Positions 41,558 to 53,424 of a stretch of 64,000 bases of DNA are shown piece after piece (within the stretch, counting starts at the first letter, position 1; each line of letters begins with the position of its first letter). Position numbers and translations under genes: made by a program. Location of the stretch: contig OZ024740.1 of the NCBI GenBank assembly GCA_964016885.1, positions 80,910,001 to 80,974,000 on the forward strand, written 5' to 3'. The notes beneath the pieces are model-generated. The model had not been told where the DNA came from. It searched no databases and worked only from the letters and a program-made list of their open reading frames with translations. The DNA is from Eledone cirrhosa (taxonomy: Eukaryota).

Positions 41558-43412
41558 TGTTTTGCAACCATACTCCCCCCGGAACCGACTATGGTTTCCC
41601 GCGCAGGCTCCCCGCCGGGTCATCGAAGCGAACGCCGGCGGAGCGCCAGTCGGCATCGTTTATGGTCGGAACTACAACGGTATCTGATCGTCTTCGAACC
41701 TCCGACTTTCGCTCTTGATCGAGGAAAACGTGCTTGCCACACGCCGTCGCTGCAGTGCGTCTTGCGACCATCCAAGAATTTCACCTCTAACGTCGCAATA
41801 CGAGTGGCCCCGATCGCTCCCTTCGATCATTGCCTCGTCGTGAACGGAGACCGACGGATGACGCGCAGACGAGGCCATTTTCCATCATTCCATGCTTTTC
41901 GTATGCAAGCCGGTGCGGCTCGGTCTGAGAACTCTAATCTTTTCACAGTGAACGTACCGGCCGCCTCGGACACTCGGTAAAGAGCACCCTCGGAGGAATC
42001 GTGCGGATCAGCGGCGAAACGGAACGACGACGACGACAAACGGAAGCCGCAGGAAAGCGACGCGCCGAGACGACGACGACGAAACCGGTTACGCCGTCGT
42101 GTCCAACCCTGGCGACGAACCTCTCCTTTCGAAAAGAAAAAGGCACGCGCGCAGAGAGAGAAAAACAAAACCGCGAGGTGAACGCGCGACCGCGGCGAGG
42201 TGACGGCACGACGACGTAAGAACCTCTGAAAATCCAAGCGAGACGAACTCCAAGGCCTGACCGGAGCGCGGCGACGAAAACGAGAGGCGAACGGCAACGC
42301 CCGCGGTAAAACAAAGTGCCGTCGTCGCATCGTCCCCGATCGCGCAAAGGAAAATAGGCAAGAAGAAAGCAAGAAGCGAGGCAAGAAGGTAAAAACGCGA
42401 CGTCTGCACCGTGACGCCGAGCGGCGATGCACGCAGAGCTCTGCGGCCCGACCGCGCAGGCACTGGCGAATAGGGCCGGGAGTGCAAACGGACGACCAAA
42501 GTCGACGCGCGGCGCGCGAACGACAACGGCGCCGTCGCCCTGAACGCGCTGACAACGCAGCGCGCTTTCGAGACCCGAATTCCGACTACGAGCTTTTCAA
42601 ACGCAACAATTTTAATATACGCTACCGAAGCTGAAATTACCGCGGCTGCTGGCACCAGACTTACCCTCCGGTCGATCCTCGTTAACGGATTTGAAGTGTA
42701 CTCATTCCGATCGCGGGGCCTCGACAGAGTCCCGCGTCGTTATTTTTCGTCACTACCTCCCCGTGCCGTGAGTGGGTAATTTGCGCGCCTGCTGCCTTCC
42801 TTGGATGTGGTAGCCGTTTCGCATGCTCCCTCTCCGGAATCGAACCCTGATTCCCCGTTACCCGTTGCCACCACGGTCGGCACTTACCGGGCTGTCGACA
42901 GTTGATAGGGCGGACTCGCGGGGGACTCGTCGCGCGAAGGCCAGAAGCGATTCTAAGCCCGTGCGATCGTACTGACAGTTATCCAGAGTCACCAAAGTCG
43001 GATTGATGCGCGACGCCCGCAAGGCACGCAGCGAACTGCGAACGGCGCTGCCGGCATCTGACGCGTCGTCGGTCTCAGTCTAATATTTGCGCCGCGACCA
43101 ATGCGAAGGCCGACCGTGTCGACGCGATCTGTTGGGACCGCGCGGGAAGACGGAACGACGACAGCGACAAACGCTGCGCGCGTTTGTAACCCGACTCCCG
43201 GGAGCGACCTGCGATCGCGGCCTCAGTTGCATGTATTAGCTCTAGAATTGCCACAGTTATCCACTCTCCTCGCGGTGAGAAATACGGTCCCGAGGATTAG
43301 GTCCGGTTCCTGAGCCATTCGCGGTTTCACGATTCGTTTACAGCATGAACTTACACTTGCATGGCTTAAGCTTTGAGACAAGCATGTGACTACTGGCAGG
43401 ATCAACCAGGTA
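40561..43412 (-). rRNA. 18S rRNA gene (2852 nt, greatly expanded variable regions)
   Basis: Starts tacctggttgatcctgccagt, contains gtgccagcagccgcggtaat, and ends aacctgcggaaggatcatta. Confidence 0.97.
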
Positions 43413-45154
43413 TCTTCCGCACGAAATACAAAACGACGACCGAGAACAGAAGCGCATCGTGCCGTCGCCGCTGCCGCCGCTAGGAGGCAAGAGCGGCGGC
43501 GACGGCGGCGGCAGCGAATTTCGTCTCGTCTCGCTGTAGGCGGAAAGAGAAAACGTAACAAAAAAACCCCCAGAAATATCGGCAACCGGTCCACGAGCCG
43601 GTGGGAGGAAGAAACGAAGAGAAAAGAAGAAGGACGCGGCGCTGCGCGTTCGGCGGCATTTACTCTCTCCCAGATCACCTCTCCCAACGACGTCGTCGAC
43701 GAAACGGGCGAATACGAAATCAATCGCCCGCCGACTGCCGGCCAATCGTTTAGTCTTCCTCCTCCTCCTCGTCGGCGGCGATGAAGGAAAAGAAAAGAAA
43801 CAAACGAAAACGAGCTCGCAAGGCGGTTTACAATCCGATGGCATCGCACGAAGCCGCTTTCGGAAGCGTTTCCCTTGGCGTAAGTGCGAGCCGAGGCGTG
43901 ATGCGGCGTCGAAGAAGAGGAGAAGTAGGCGGCGGCGCCCTCCGCTTTCGATTCAACAGCTGCTGTCGCCGTTACTGCGACGGAAAAAGAAATCGGTTCG
44001 ACATGGCGGCGGAATGCGGTCAACGGAAGAGAGTTAGGAAGACGACGACAACGCGAAAAGCGCGGCGTCGCGTAACCTAACGGCTAGGTATGCCGGGGCA
44101 AACTTGGACGCCGACCCGATAAAGGCAGCGGCGCAAGCAGGGACACCAGGACTTGATGCCAGTGTCCCTTCGGGAGGGACGACGCCGCTCTGTTTCATAG
44201 ATATCGCGTCGCCGTTGGCAAAACGAGGGTAGCTACGGCTATACCCAAGCCCGCCGCGGAGGTGGCGACGCAACGCGTGGTCAGCGGCATGACCTGACCG
44301 GGACCACGACGAAAAGCCGAAACCTTCGTCGCAGCAGGAAGAGTATGCGCGTCGTCGCCGTCGTAGATCGTCGTCAAGCGCGGTGCAGGGCATTTAGGCG
44401 GTGCTCCTGCATTAAAATGACGGCTATTACGACGGACGCGTACCTACTGATGTGACGGAAAGGCGGTTCGGAAGGCGGTTAATCGTCGAGGCCGAGGGTC
44501 GGCGAGCGAACGAAAAAAAAAGAGGCGAGGAGGAAGCGACGGCGCGAGGCATTCGGCGAAAAGGTTCCAGACTTTTACGCCGACCGGGCGGGAAGGCGTT
44601 CGTTTTTTGGCGTCAACCGAAGAGTAATTTGCGTTGCTCCAGCAGTAACGAACGTCTTCCATCGTGGGTCCGGTCGGGCGACGGCGGCAGCGGTCTGGAA
44701 AGGCAATTCTTTTGCCGCGACGGAAGCGCAATCGAAAGGCGGATCACGAAATGCGGCTAGCCGTCGAGAGAACGAAAAGGCAAAGGAAAAAAAAAAAGAA
44801 TAGGCGAGGAGAAAGCGGCGCGAGGCGTTCGGTGAAAAGGCTACAGACTTTTACGTCGCCCGGACGGGAAGACGCTCGTTGTTGGCGTCAACCTAGGAGT
44901 AATTTGCGTTGCTCCAGCGGTAACGAACGTCTTCTATCGTGGGTCCGGTCGGGCGATGGCGGCGGCGGTCTGTAAAGGCAATAATTCGTCGATGGCGGCG
45001 GGTACGGGCTGTAACGTGAGGGCGGGTCGTGGACGAGGACGACATCGCATATAGGGTATCCGGACACGCCTAACCGGTAACCTACGCAGTAAACCGAAAG
45101 CTGCAACGGCTAGCACCCTTCCGTTCACTAAGCTCGTCCGACCGAGGTTACCCT
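43413..45154 (-). other. 5' external transcribed spacer (with ~280-bp internal duplication)
   Basis: GC-rich region between the putative start site and 18S. Confidence 0.7.
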
Positions 45155-45200
45155 ATATAATAGACAGGACCCCCTGGCCGAGCTGCATCTTCCGCGATCG
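45131..45200 (-). promoter_or_regulatory. Putative RNA polymerase I gene promoter; start site near 45154
   Basis: Minus strand cctgtctatTATATAGGGtaacc, reiterated five times in the IGS as expected for spacer promoters. Confidence 0.7.
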
Positions 45201-45415
45201 TTGCTAATCCCGTGAGGGCGATCCGCCGGCCACGGGTCGGCTGCGGAACTGCCTAGACGGCGGGTTGGCTTCGGTCCCGCTGTCGATGCGGGACCTAGAA
45301 TGGCTAGAGAGATAGAAGGCGGCGTGTCGTCGGCGAAGCTACACCACTTCTAATATACATAAATATATATACATTTATATATATAGGTATATATATAAAT
45401 GTATATATAGGTATT

Positions 45416-45918
45416 ATGCACATGTCGCTTCTTTTAAATACCCTGAAAAAAGAACAGCAACTGCTCTCGCAAATAAATTGTGGGAATTCAAAGGCAAAAA
45501 AATTCCGTACACTATCGATTGGTCTATTTGAGACCATTCAAGAGAATACCAAAGGGGCACAAAGAATTGTACTTTGTGCACCACGGAAAAATTTATAATT
45601 CTCAAACTTTGAAAGCCACTTCCACTTGCCTTAACTCCAAGACCAAGATCTTCAGATGTTGTTCTCATCTGAAATCGCATCTACTTTGTAACTGGATTGA
45701 CATTCCTACGATGACTCAACCACCTTGAACGTCTTCTTTACTCATTACGCCTTACATCCACTACGATTTTTATTACTCTCTGAACTCACATTCTTTACCC
45801 ATATATTCTTCTCCTCCCTCATCTCTTCTTATAATTATATTTTTTTCCCTATGATATTTATATTTCTGTTGACTTATATTCGCCCCTACTTTCTACCTTA
45901 CCCTTTATACACCCACCA

Positions 45919-45925
<7 letters not shown>
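45416..45925 (+). mobile_element. 3' fragment of a Penelope-like element (same family as 61333-63204)
   Basis: HVASFKYPEKRTATALANKLWE..DHSREYQRG.KNC.LC, and the 3'UTR matches 61020-61560 in reverse. Confidence 0.85.
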
Positions 45926-45960
<35 letters not shown>

Positions 45961-46817
45961 ATCAAAAGATGGTTAAAAGTGTTACATGTATTTTATTATG
46001 CGTATTTCAAAAAAGATATCAGCATGGGATGATATTTGCGTTCTCATCAGATAAAATAGGGAGACATGATATGAAGCTTAAAAAAACACTTGCGAGCAGT
46101 GAAGTGTTAAATCTACATATGAAAAATAAAATTAGATGGATATATGAGATTGGAAATAAAAGAAGGAAGGGCGAAGGAAAAGGTAAGGAAGAGGAAGAAA
46201 GAAAATAAAGGATGACGGGCGAGGAGTATAAGAAGGAAGGATGATAGAGGAGGAGAAATGAGTGTGAGAGAGAGAGAGATAGCCTTTAATACTGAGAAAC
46301 ACTGTCTCACAGAGAGAAATTTAAAAAACCGTTGTAAGATAATACATAATTTTAAAAAAATTTGGAATTAAAAGTTAATGAGGTTTATGAATGGTGATGA
46401 TTATGATTAAAGAAAAAGGAATTAAGAATAGTATTTATTTAAGGTTTATATATTGAAGGGTTTAATAATATGTGCGGAAAGGAATTTATTAATATGTATT
46501 ATTAAAATTAAAATATTAAGGAGATAAGGTGAATGAAGAAGAGATTAAATGAATCATGAACTTAGAGGAATTAATTAGGATCTAAGTTTGTTTCTATGTA
46601 TTGTAATGTGAAAAAGTAAATAATAGGTTTAATACGAGCACCGAAGGAGAGAAGAAAGGAGAAAATTTAAGGAAGAAAAAATATATAACGTCAAAAAAAT
46701 ATATGTTTACAAAATTTACTAGTGGTAATATTAGTATATATTAAAAATATAGTTTGTATGGCCAAGAATATAAGGAAAACTCACCTACTACATTATATAT
46801 ATATATATATATATAAT

Positions 46818-47749
46818 TCAAGAAAGAAGAGTAACATCGTTGGCTGTACAATAAGGGCTTTATTCACAGTGCTGACAATTATTTCGTTGATCTGGTATGT
46901 CTAGAGCTCGCTAATCGCTTGATGTTGCGTCAATCGATCTCCAATACTATGTTTACAACCAGTCAATACATCAGAGCGCGTGGATATGAGGATAATACGC
47001 AAGGCATGGCTTTTATAGAACCGTGGTGTTAGACCAGAACAATAAAATCAGTAACAAAATATCTAGATAGTGAATAATTAAAACAATAATATCAATACAG
47101 GTAAGAAATAGAATATAATGATAAAACAAGCATGGTAAACAAACAGAGATGATACAGATGTATGAAGCGACATGCGAATCCACCCATAGGGTATATTAGA
47201 GGTAGTAGTCAAGGGATGAATTAACTTAGATGAAGGGATAAATAATTGTTTCTACTTTAGGCACAAGGCCAGCAATTATCCAGTGCATTACTGGTACTTT
47301 ATGAAGGGATAAATAATAAAATGTACTTAGAGTCAGATTTTGGAATCTACACTTTAAGTGCAATTATGAGAGATTTAGATACAAGTGAGCTGTGGGTCTG
47401 AAACCCTACCAACAATAAAACGGAGATTGATTTATGGTTTGACAGATAAATGTTTGTGTTAGGTATTCTCTCCTGTTGTATCAACATAGTGAGATTGATG
47501 GAGGGAGTGTATAGAGATTTATGGTTCTTTAGTAGCTGCTATTAAGTGAAATTGTGGATTCAGTATGTTAAGTTTTAGGTGGTTTATTCTAGATTTTGGG
47601 ATTGCTAGTTCGAATCATGTGGATTTAGTTTTCGTAACATCAATAACAAAATAGCCTATAATTAAGACAATAACATCAACAATAAAACATGCATGGTAAA
47701 TAGATGGAGAACATGATGAATAAAATTAGGGATAGGGTACATTGCGATG

Positions 47750-47780
<31 letters not shown>

Positions 47781-50700
47781 GAGGAAAATAAGAGTTTCAA
47801 AGGAGTGTAAGAGTAATAAGATAATGTACTTAGAATTAAGTTCATCTGTTAGAGATCATGGGTGCTAATATGAGATATGCAGATATAATTGTGTCGTCCT
47901 AAAGAATAAACAACAACAAAGACGAGATTGATTTATGGACTGACAAGATAATTGGTAAATGTATGTAGACAATCCCGTCCTATCTTGGTGGTATAGATGA
48001 AGGGAGGCTGGAAGGTGTTTTTAGAAGTTTATGGTTCTGAAATAGGCTGTGTGAGAACGCGGATTTCATACGTTAAAGTCTAAGTGGTTTTACATTAATT
48101 TTGGTGATTTCGTAAATTTAGTAGAAATCCTATGTCTGCAGAAAATTGACCTTTCTATTTTGCTGTTAAGTTGTATTTTATCGTACCTTAAGATATGTAG
48201 CAATTCAAGGTTGCAGAGCCCGCAATCGGACATACCGCTGCTATAGGCCTTTGCGGCCGCTAATTTTGACCAGCTAATATTGTAATCAAGGTTTTTGTCC
48301 TTAAGTTGCCAGATTTTATTGGCGAGGGTTGTAGAATTCACCAGTACACGGTTCCTCATTGAATGTCTGTGGACATACCACCTTTTTAAAAATCACCCGC
48401 AGTGGATCCTATGTAGTGCCAGGTGGAGTTGCCCGAGTTTACAGTACACATGTACACTAAGCTAGAATCTAGGCACCTATTCCCTAATGGGCACTTATCT
48501 GGTAGGTGGCAATTGCAGTTTGAGGTATTATTCCGTGCAGCTTTCACATTGCGGTTTTGTAAACGGTTATGTGTGGGTTGCGATGCATGCCTATTGAAGT
48601 TTTGCTGTGGTATGTTCAGATGCGTTTGTGGTTGTGTTACTGTTATGAGTTTGTGTTTTGTATTTGGTGCTATGTTGCGTATTGGTGGGGTAATTTCCTC
48701 AGAGATATTTTTGTGGTTGATCTTACGTATGTGCAATTCTATGTTGGCTGCAGTTCAGTATGAAAGTTTTATAGTTTTTCTATTGAAGATTTTATGGTAT
48801 CTATGCGATGTAGCATTAATAAGAAAGGAGTAAGCATAGTATAAAAACTGCAAATATCCGATAGAACCGAGCCTCTAACGCCATGCAACCCCACATTTAA
48901 CCTTAAGGATCATAAAAATAATTTTGAAACAAACCCTGTAATTAGATTAATATGCCCATCGAAGTCAGATATCGGTAAAATTAGCAAATATATTCTAGAT
49001 AGGGTAATCGCACAAATTAAGGGAAAACTAGTAATCAACTTATGGGGTAACACTAACGAAGCAATAGAATGGTTCAGTAAAATAAGAAACAGAGAAACAT
49101 ACAACTTCATACAATTCGACATAAATGATTACTACGCCTCCATTTCCCCAGTCACCCTAGATAAAGCGCTAACCTTCGCCCAAAATAACTCGGACCTTAC
49201 CTCAGATGAAATTAAAATAATACTAGCTGCTAGAAGGACTAGCATAACATTCGAAAATAGCTACTGGGAAAGAAAAAATAGGAAGAATAGCTTCGATATC
49301 ACAATGGGATCGAACGACTCAGCGCAAATAACGGACGTTGTGGGGATATTTATAACACACAAATTACATAAAGAATTCAATAACCTCCAAGAAGGAATTT
49401 ATAGAGATGATACGCTCCTTATAGCTAAAAACTTATATAACCAGAACATGGAAAGTTTACGAAAAAAGATTAGAACATTCTTAAAAAAAGTAGCCCTAGA
49501 TATCACATTCGAACTTAATTTTAAAAAGTACATTTTTTAGATGTAACTCTAAACCTAAACACAGGATTAATAGAACCCTTCCATAAAAATAATGAAAATC
49601 TAGTCTACATTAGTTACAACTCAAACCACCCCCGATCCATAATTAACTCCATAGCACATAGTATATCCCTCAGAATATCCCGCCTATCCTCAAACCTGGA
49701 AATTTTTAATGAACATGCTAATTATCATAACGTAGCATTACATAAGGCTGGACACAAAGAAAAGATGAATCCACAATTTCACTTAATAGCAGCTACCAAA
49801 GAACCATAAATCTCTATACACTCCACCCATCAATCTCACTATGTTGATACAACAGGATAAAATACCTAACACAAGCGCTTATCTGTCAAACCATAAATCA
49901 ATCTCCGTTTTATTGTTGGTAGGGTTTCAGACCCACAGATCACATGTATCTAAATCTCTCATAATTGCACTTAACGTGTAGATTCCAAAATCTGACTCTA
50001 AGTCCATTTTATTATTTATCCCTTCATCTAAGTTAATTCATCCCTTGACTACTACCTATAATGTACCCTATAGTAGATTTCGCATGTCACTTCATACATC
50101 TTTACCATCTCTGTTTGTTTACCATGCTTGTTTTATCATTATATTCTATATCTTACTTGTATTGATGTTATTGTTTTAATTAAAGCTGCAGTTTATAACA
50201 GATAGAGACAACATCAACAAACCCGATAACACGAACACTACCCGCTCATACAAAAATAAAAAAAAACATAGGACTAGGCATAAAACTAGACAAATAGCAC
50301 CGAGAGTAGGAGGACAGAGCCCTAATAATAGAAACCCCGAAAACTATAGAAGAACTAGAGAAAAAATATACCTATGGTTCAATCCGATCTTCAACTCCTC
50401 TATAAGAACTAAACTGCCTTCTACGTTTTTTAAACTAATAGATAAGCACTTCCCTACATCGATTAGATACCATAAAATCTTGAATAGAAAAGCTATATAA
50501 TGTTCATACTCAACTGCAGCCAACATAGTATCGCACATACGTAAGATCAACCACAAAAATATCTCTAAGGAAATTACCCGCTCAATAGGCATGAATCGCA
50601 AGCCACACATAACAATTTACAAAACCGCAATGTGAAAGCTGCACGGAATAATAACTCAAACTGCAATTGCCACCTACCAGATAAGTGCACATTAGGGAGT

Positions 50701-52290
50701 AGGTGCCTAGATTCTAGCTTAGTGTACATGCGTACTGTAAACTCGGGCAACTCCACCTGGCACTACATAGGATCCACTGCGGGTGGTTTTAAAAAAAGGT
50801 GGTATGTCCACAGACATTCAATGAGGAACTGTGCACTGGTGAATTCTACAATTCTCGCCAATAAGATCTGGCAATTTAAGGACAAAAATCTTGATTACAA
50901 TATTAGCTGGTCAAAATTAGCGGCCGCAAAAGCCTATAGCAGCAGTATGTCCGATTGCGGGCTCTGCAACCTTAACTTGCTACATATCTTAAGGTACGAT
51001 AAAATACAACTTAACAGCAAAATAGAAAGGTCAATTTTCTGCAGACATAGGATTGCTACTAAATTTACGAGATTTGAACCACCGTGATTCGAACCAGCAT
51101 CCCCAAAATTAATGGAAAACCACTTAGATTTCATCGTATGAAATCCGCGTTCTCACACAGCCTATTTCAGAACCATAAACTTCTAAAAACACCTTCCAGC
51201 CTCCCTACATCTATACCACAAAGATAGGACGGGAATGTCTACAAACATTTACCAATTACCTTGTCAGCCCATAAACCAATCTCGTCTTTGCTGTTGTTTA
51301 TTCTTTCGGACCACACAATTATATCTACATATCTCATATTAGCACCCATGATCTCTAACAGATGAACTTAATTCTAAGTACATTATCTTATTACTCTTAC
51401 ACTCCTTTGAAACTCTTATTTTCCTCTTATTATTATTATTATCATCTCAATGTACCCTATCCCTAATTTTATTCATCATGTTCTCCATCTATTTACCATG
51501 CATGTTTTATTGTTGATGTTATTGTCTTAATTATAGGCTATTTTGTTATTGATGTTACGAAAACTAAATCCACATGATTCGAACTAGCAATCCCAAAATC
51601 TAGAATAAACCACCTAAAACTTAACATACTGAATCCACAATTTCACTTAATAGCAGCTACCAAAGAACGATAAATCTCTATACACTCCCTCCATCAATAG
51701 ATACAACAGGAGAGAATACCTAACACAAGCATTTATCTGTCAAACCATAAATCAATCTCCGTTTTATTGTTGGTAGGGTTTCAGACCCACAGCACACTTG
51801 TATCTAAATCTCTCATAATTGCACTTAAAGTGTAGATTCTAAAATCTGACTCTAAGTACATTTTATTATTTATCCCTTCATCTAAGTTAAGTCATCCCTT
51901 GACTACTACCTCTAATGTACCCTATAGTAGATTTGGAATGTCACTTCATACATCTGTACATCTCTGTTTGTTTACCATGCTTGTTTAATCATTATATTCT
52001 ATTTCTTACTTGCATTGATGTTATTTTAATTATTCACTATCTAGATATTTTGTTACTGATTTTATTGTTCTGGTCTAACACCACTCTTCTATAAAAGCCA
52101 TGCCTTGCGTATTATCCTCATATCCACGCGCTCTGATGTATTGACTGTTTGAAAACAAAGTATTGGAGATCGATTGACGCAACATCAAGCGATTAGCGAG
52201 CTCTAGACATACCGGATTAACGAAACAATTGTCAGCACTGCAAATAAAGCCCTTATTGAACAGCCAACTATGTTACTCTTCGTTCTTGAA
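46818..52290 (+). mobile_element. Decayed Penelope-like element with a ~2-kb inverted copy of its 3' end placed 5'
   Basis: Plus-strand RT remnants at 48830-49770 (LKDHK, QFDINDYY, MGSNDSAQ, GIYRDD) and GIY-YIG at 50632-51087 (CNC..C..VY..YIG..KKR..H..CGLC). 46818-48820 is the reverse complement of ~50450-52290. Confidence 0.88.
47247..47300 (-). mobile_element. 5'-truncated SINE (tail only) with 17-bp TSD
   Basis: TSD atgaagggataaataat at 47230 and 47301. The insertion is absent from paralogous sites near 50010 and 51865. Confidence 0.8.
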
Positions 52291-52503
52291 ATATTATTAC
52301 TCCAAGTATAACCTACATAGAAATCACCGCGAACTCGCTGCATCACTATGGAAGCGTCTTGTTGAGTCATACTAAGCCATACGTTAAAACTATCCACACC
52401 ACGGAGTACTCTAACTGGACTACCTCTAAGTGCATTACCTACAACGATAACTTGTTATCCCGTATATATATATAGTTATGTAATAAACAACATAAGATAA
52501 TTA

Positions 52504-52563
52504 TTTCATTTACCAGTGGTTTCTTGAAAGCAACCAAAATTGCTTTCATTCATCAGAATGAAA
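52504..52563 (-). ncRNA. Type I hammerhead ribozyme (PLE pLTR)
   Basis: tttcatt-CTGATGA-a-tgaaagcaa(ttttgg)ttgctttca-a-GAA-ACCAcTGGT-A-aatgaaa. Confidence 0.85.
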
Positions 52564-52818
52564 AAAATCCTGGTATCTTTATTGACAGTGGATTTGAAAA
52601 ACAAAAATATAACAGAAATGAAAGTGAGGCTGGAGTGGGGGGGGGGGATAATAAATAAGAATATATAACAACACACACGTACACACACACACACACGCAC
52701 ACACACTCACATATACACACATATATACACGCATATATACAGATATATATACACAGAGACACATATACACACACATATACATATATATATACATATATAC
52801 ATACATAAACACACCAAC

Positions 52819-52901
<83 letters not shown>

Positions 52902-53188
52902 TATATATATATATATACATGCACACATATATATATATACATATATATATATATACATATACATACACACAAACATACATTCACACATATATACACACAT
53001 GCATACGTACTCAGATATAAAAGAATACATATGCACACACAAAAATAAGGATAAATAATCATAGTAGGCCGTCACATACAAATAAGCAAATAAAAAATAA
53101 GGATTAAAAAAATAAAAAATAAAAAATATAAAAAAATATTATTAATTTGACAGCGATACAAGACGACAAAATTTAAAATAAAAATAAA

Positions 53189-53219
<31 letters not shown>

Positions 53220-53424
53220 ATTTCTTTATTGCAGGACAATACAAGACGGCACAAATTGGCATTTCTGCGTGTAAAAAACAAAAACAGAGGATGTAATAAA
53301 AAATAATAATGAAAAATTCCCCAATAGGGAGGAGACTTCGGAGGGACATTTTTGGAGAAAGCCCAGTAAAAGGCCACAATGACCCTGACCACCAAGGCAA
53401 GTGCCCTCTCCCAGTTTTCCACCT

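Noticed and set aside
29098-45128. Long Arg/Pro-rich ORFs (e.g. 35861-36976, 37693-38628)
   Set aside because: They are spurious frames in GC-rich rDNA and IGS repeats.
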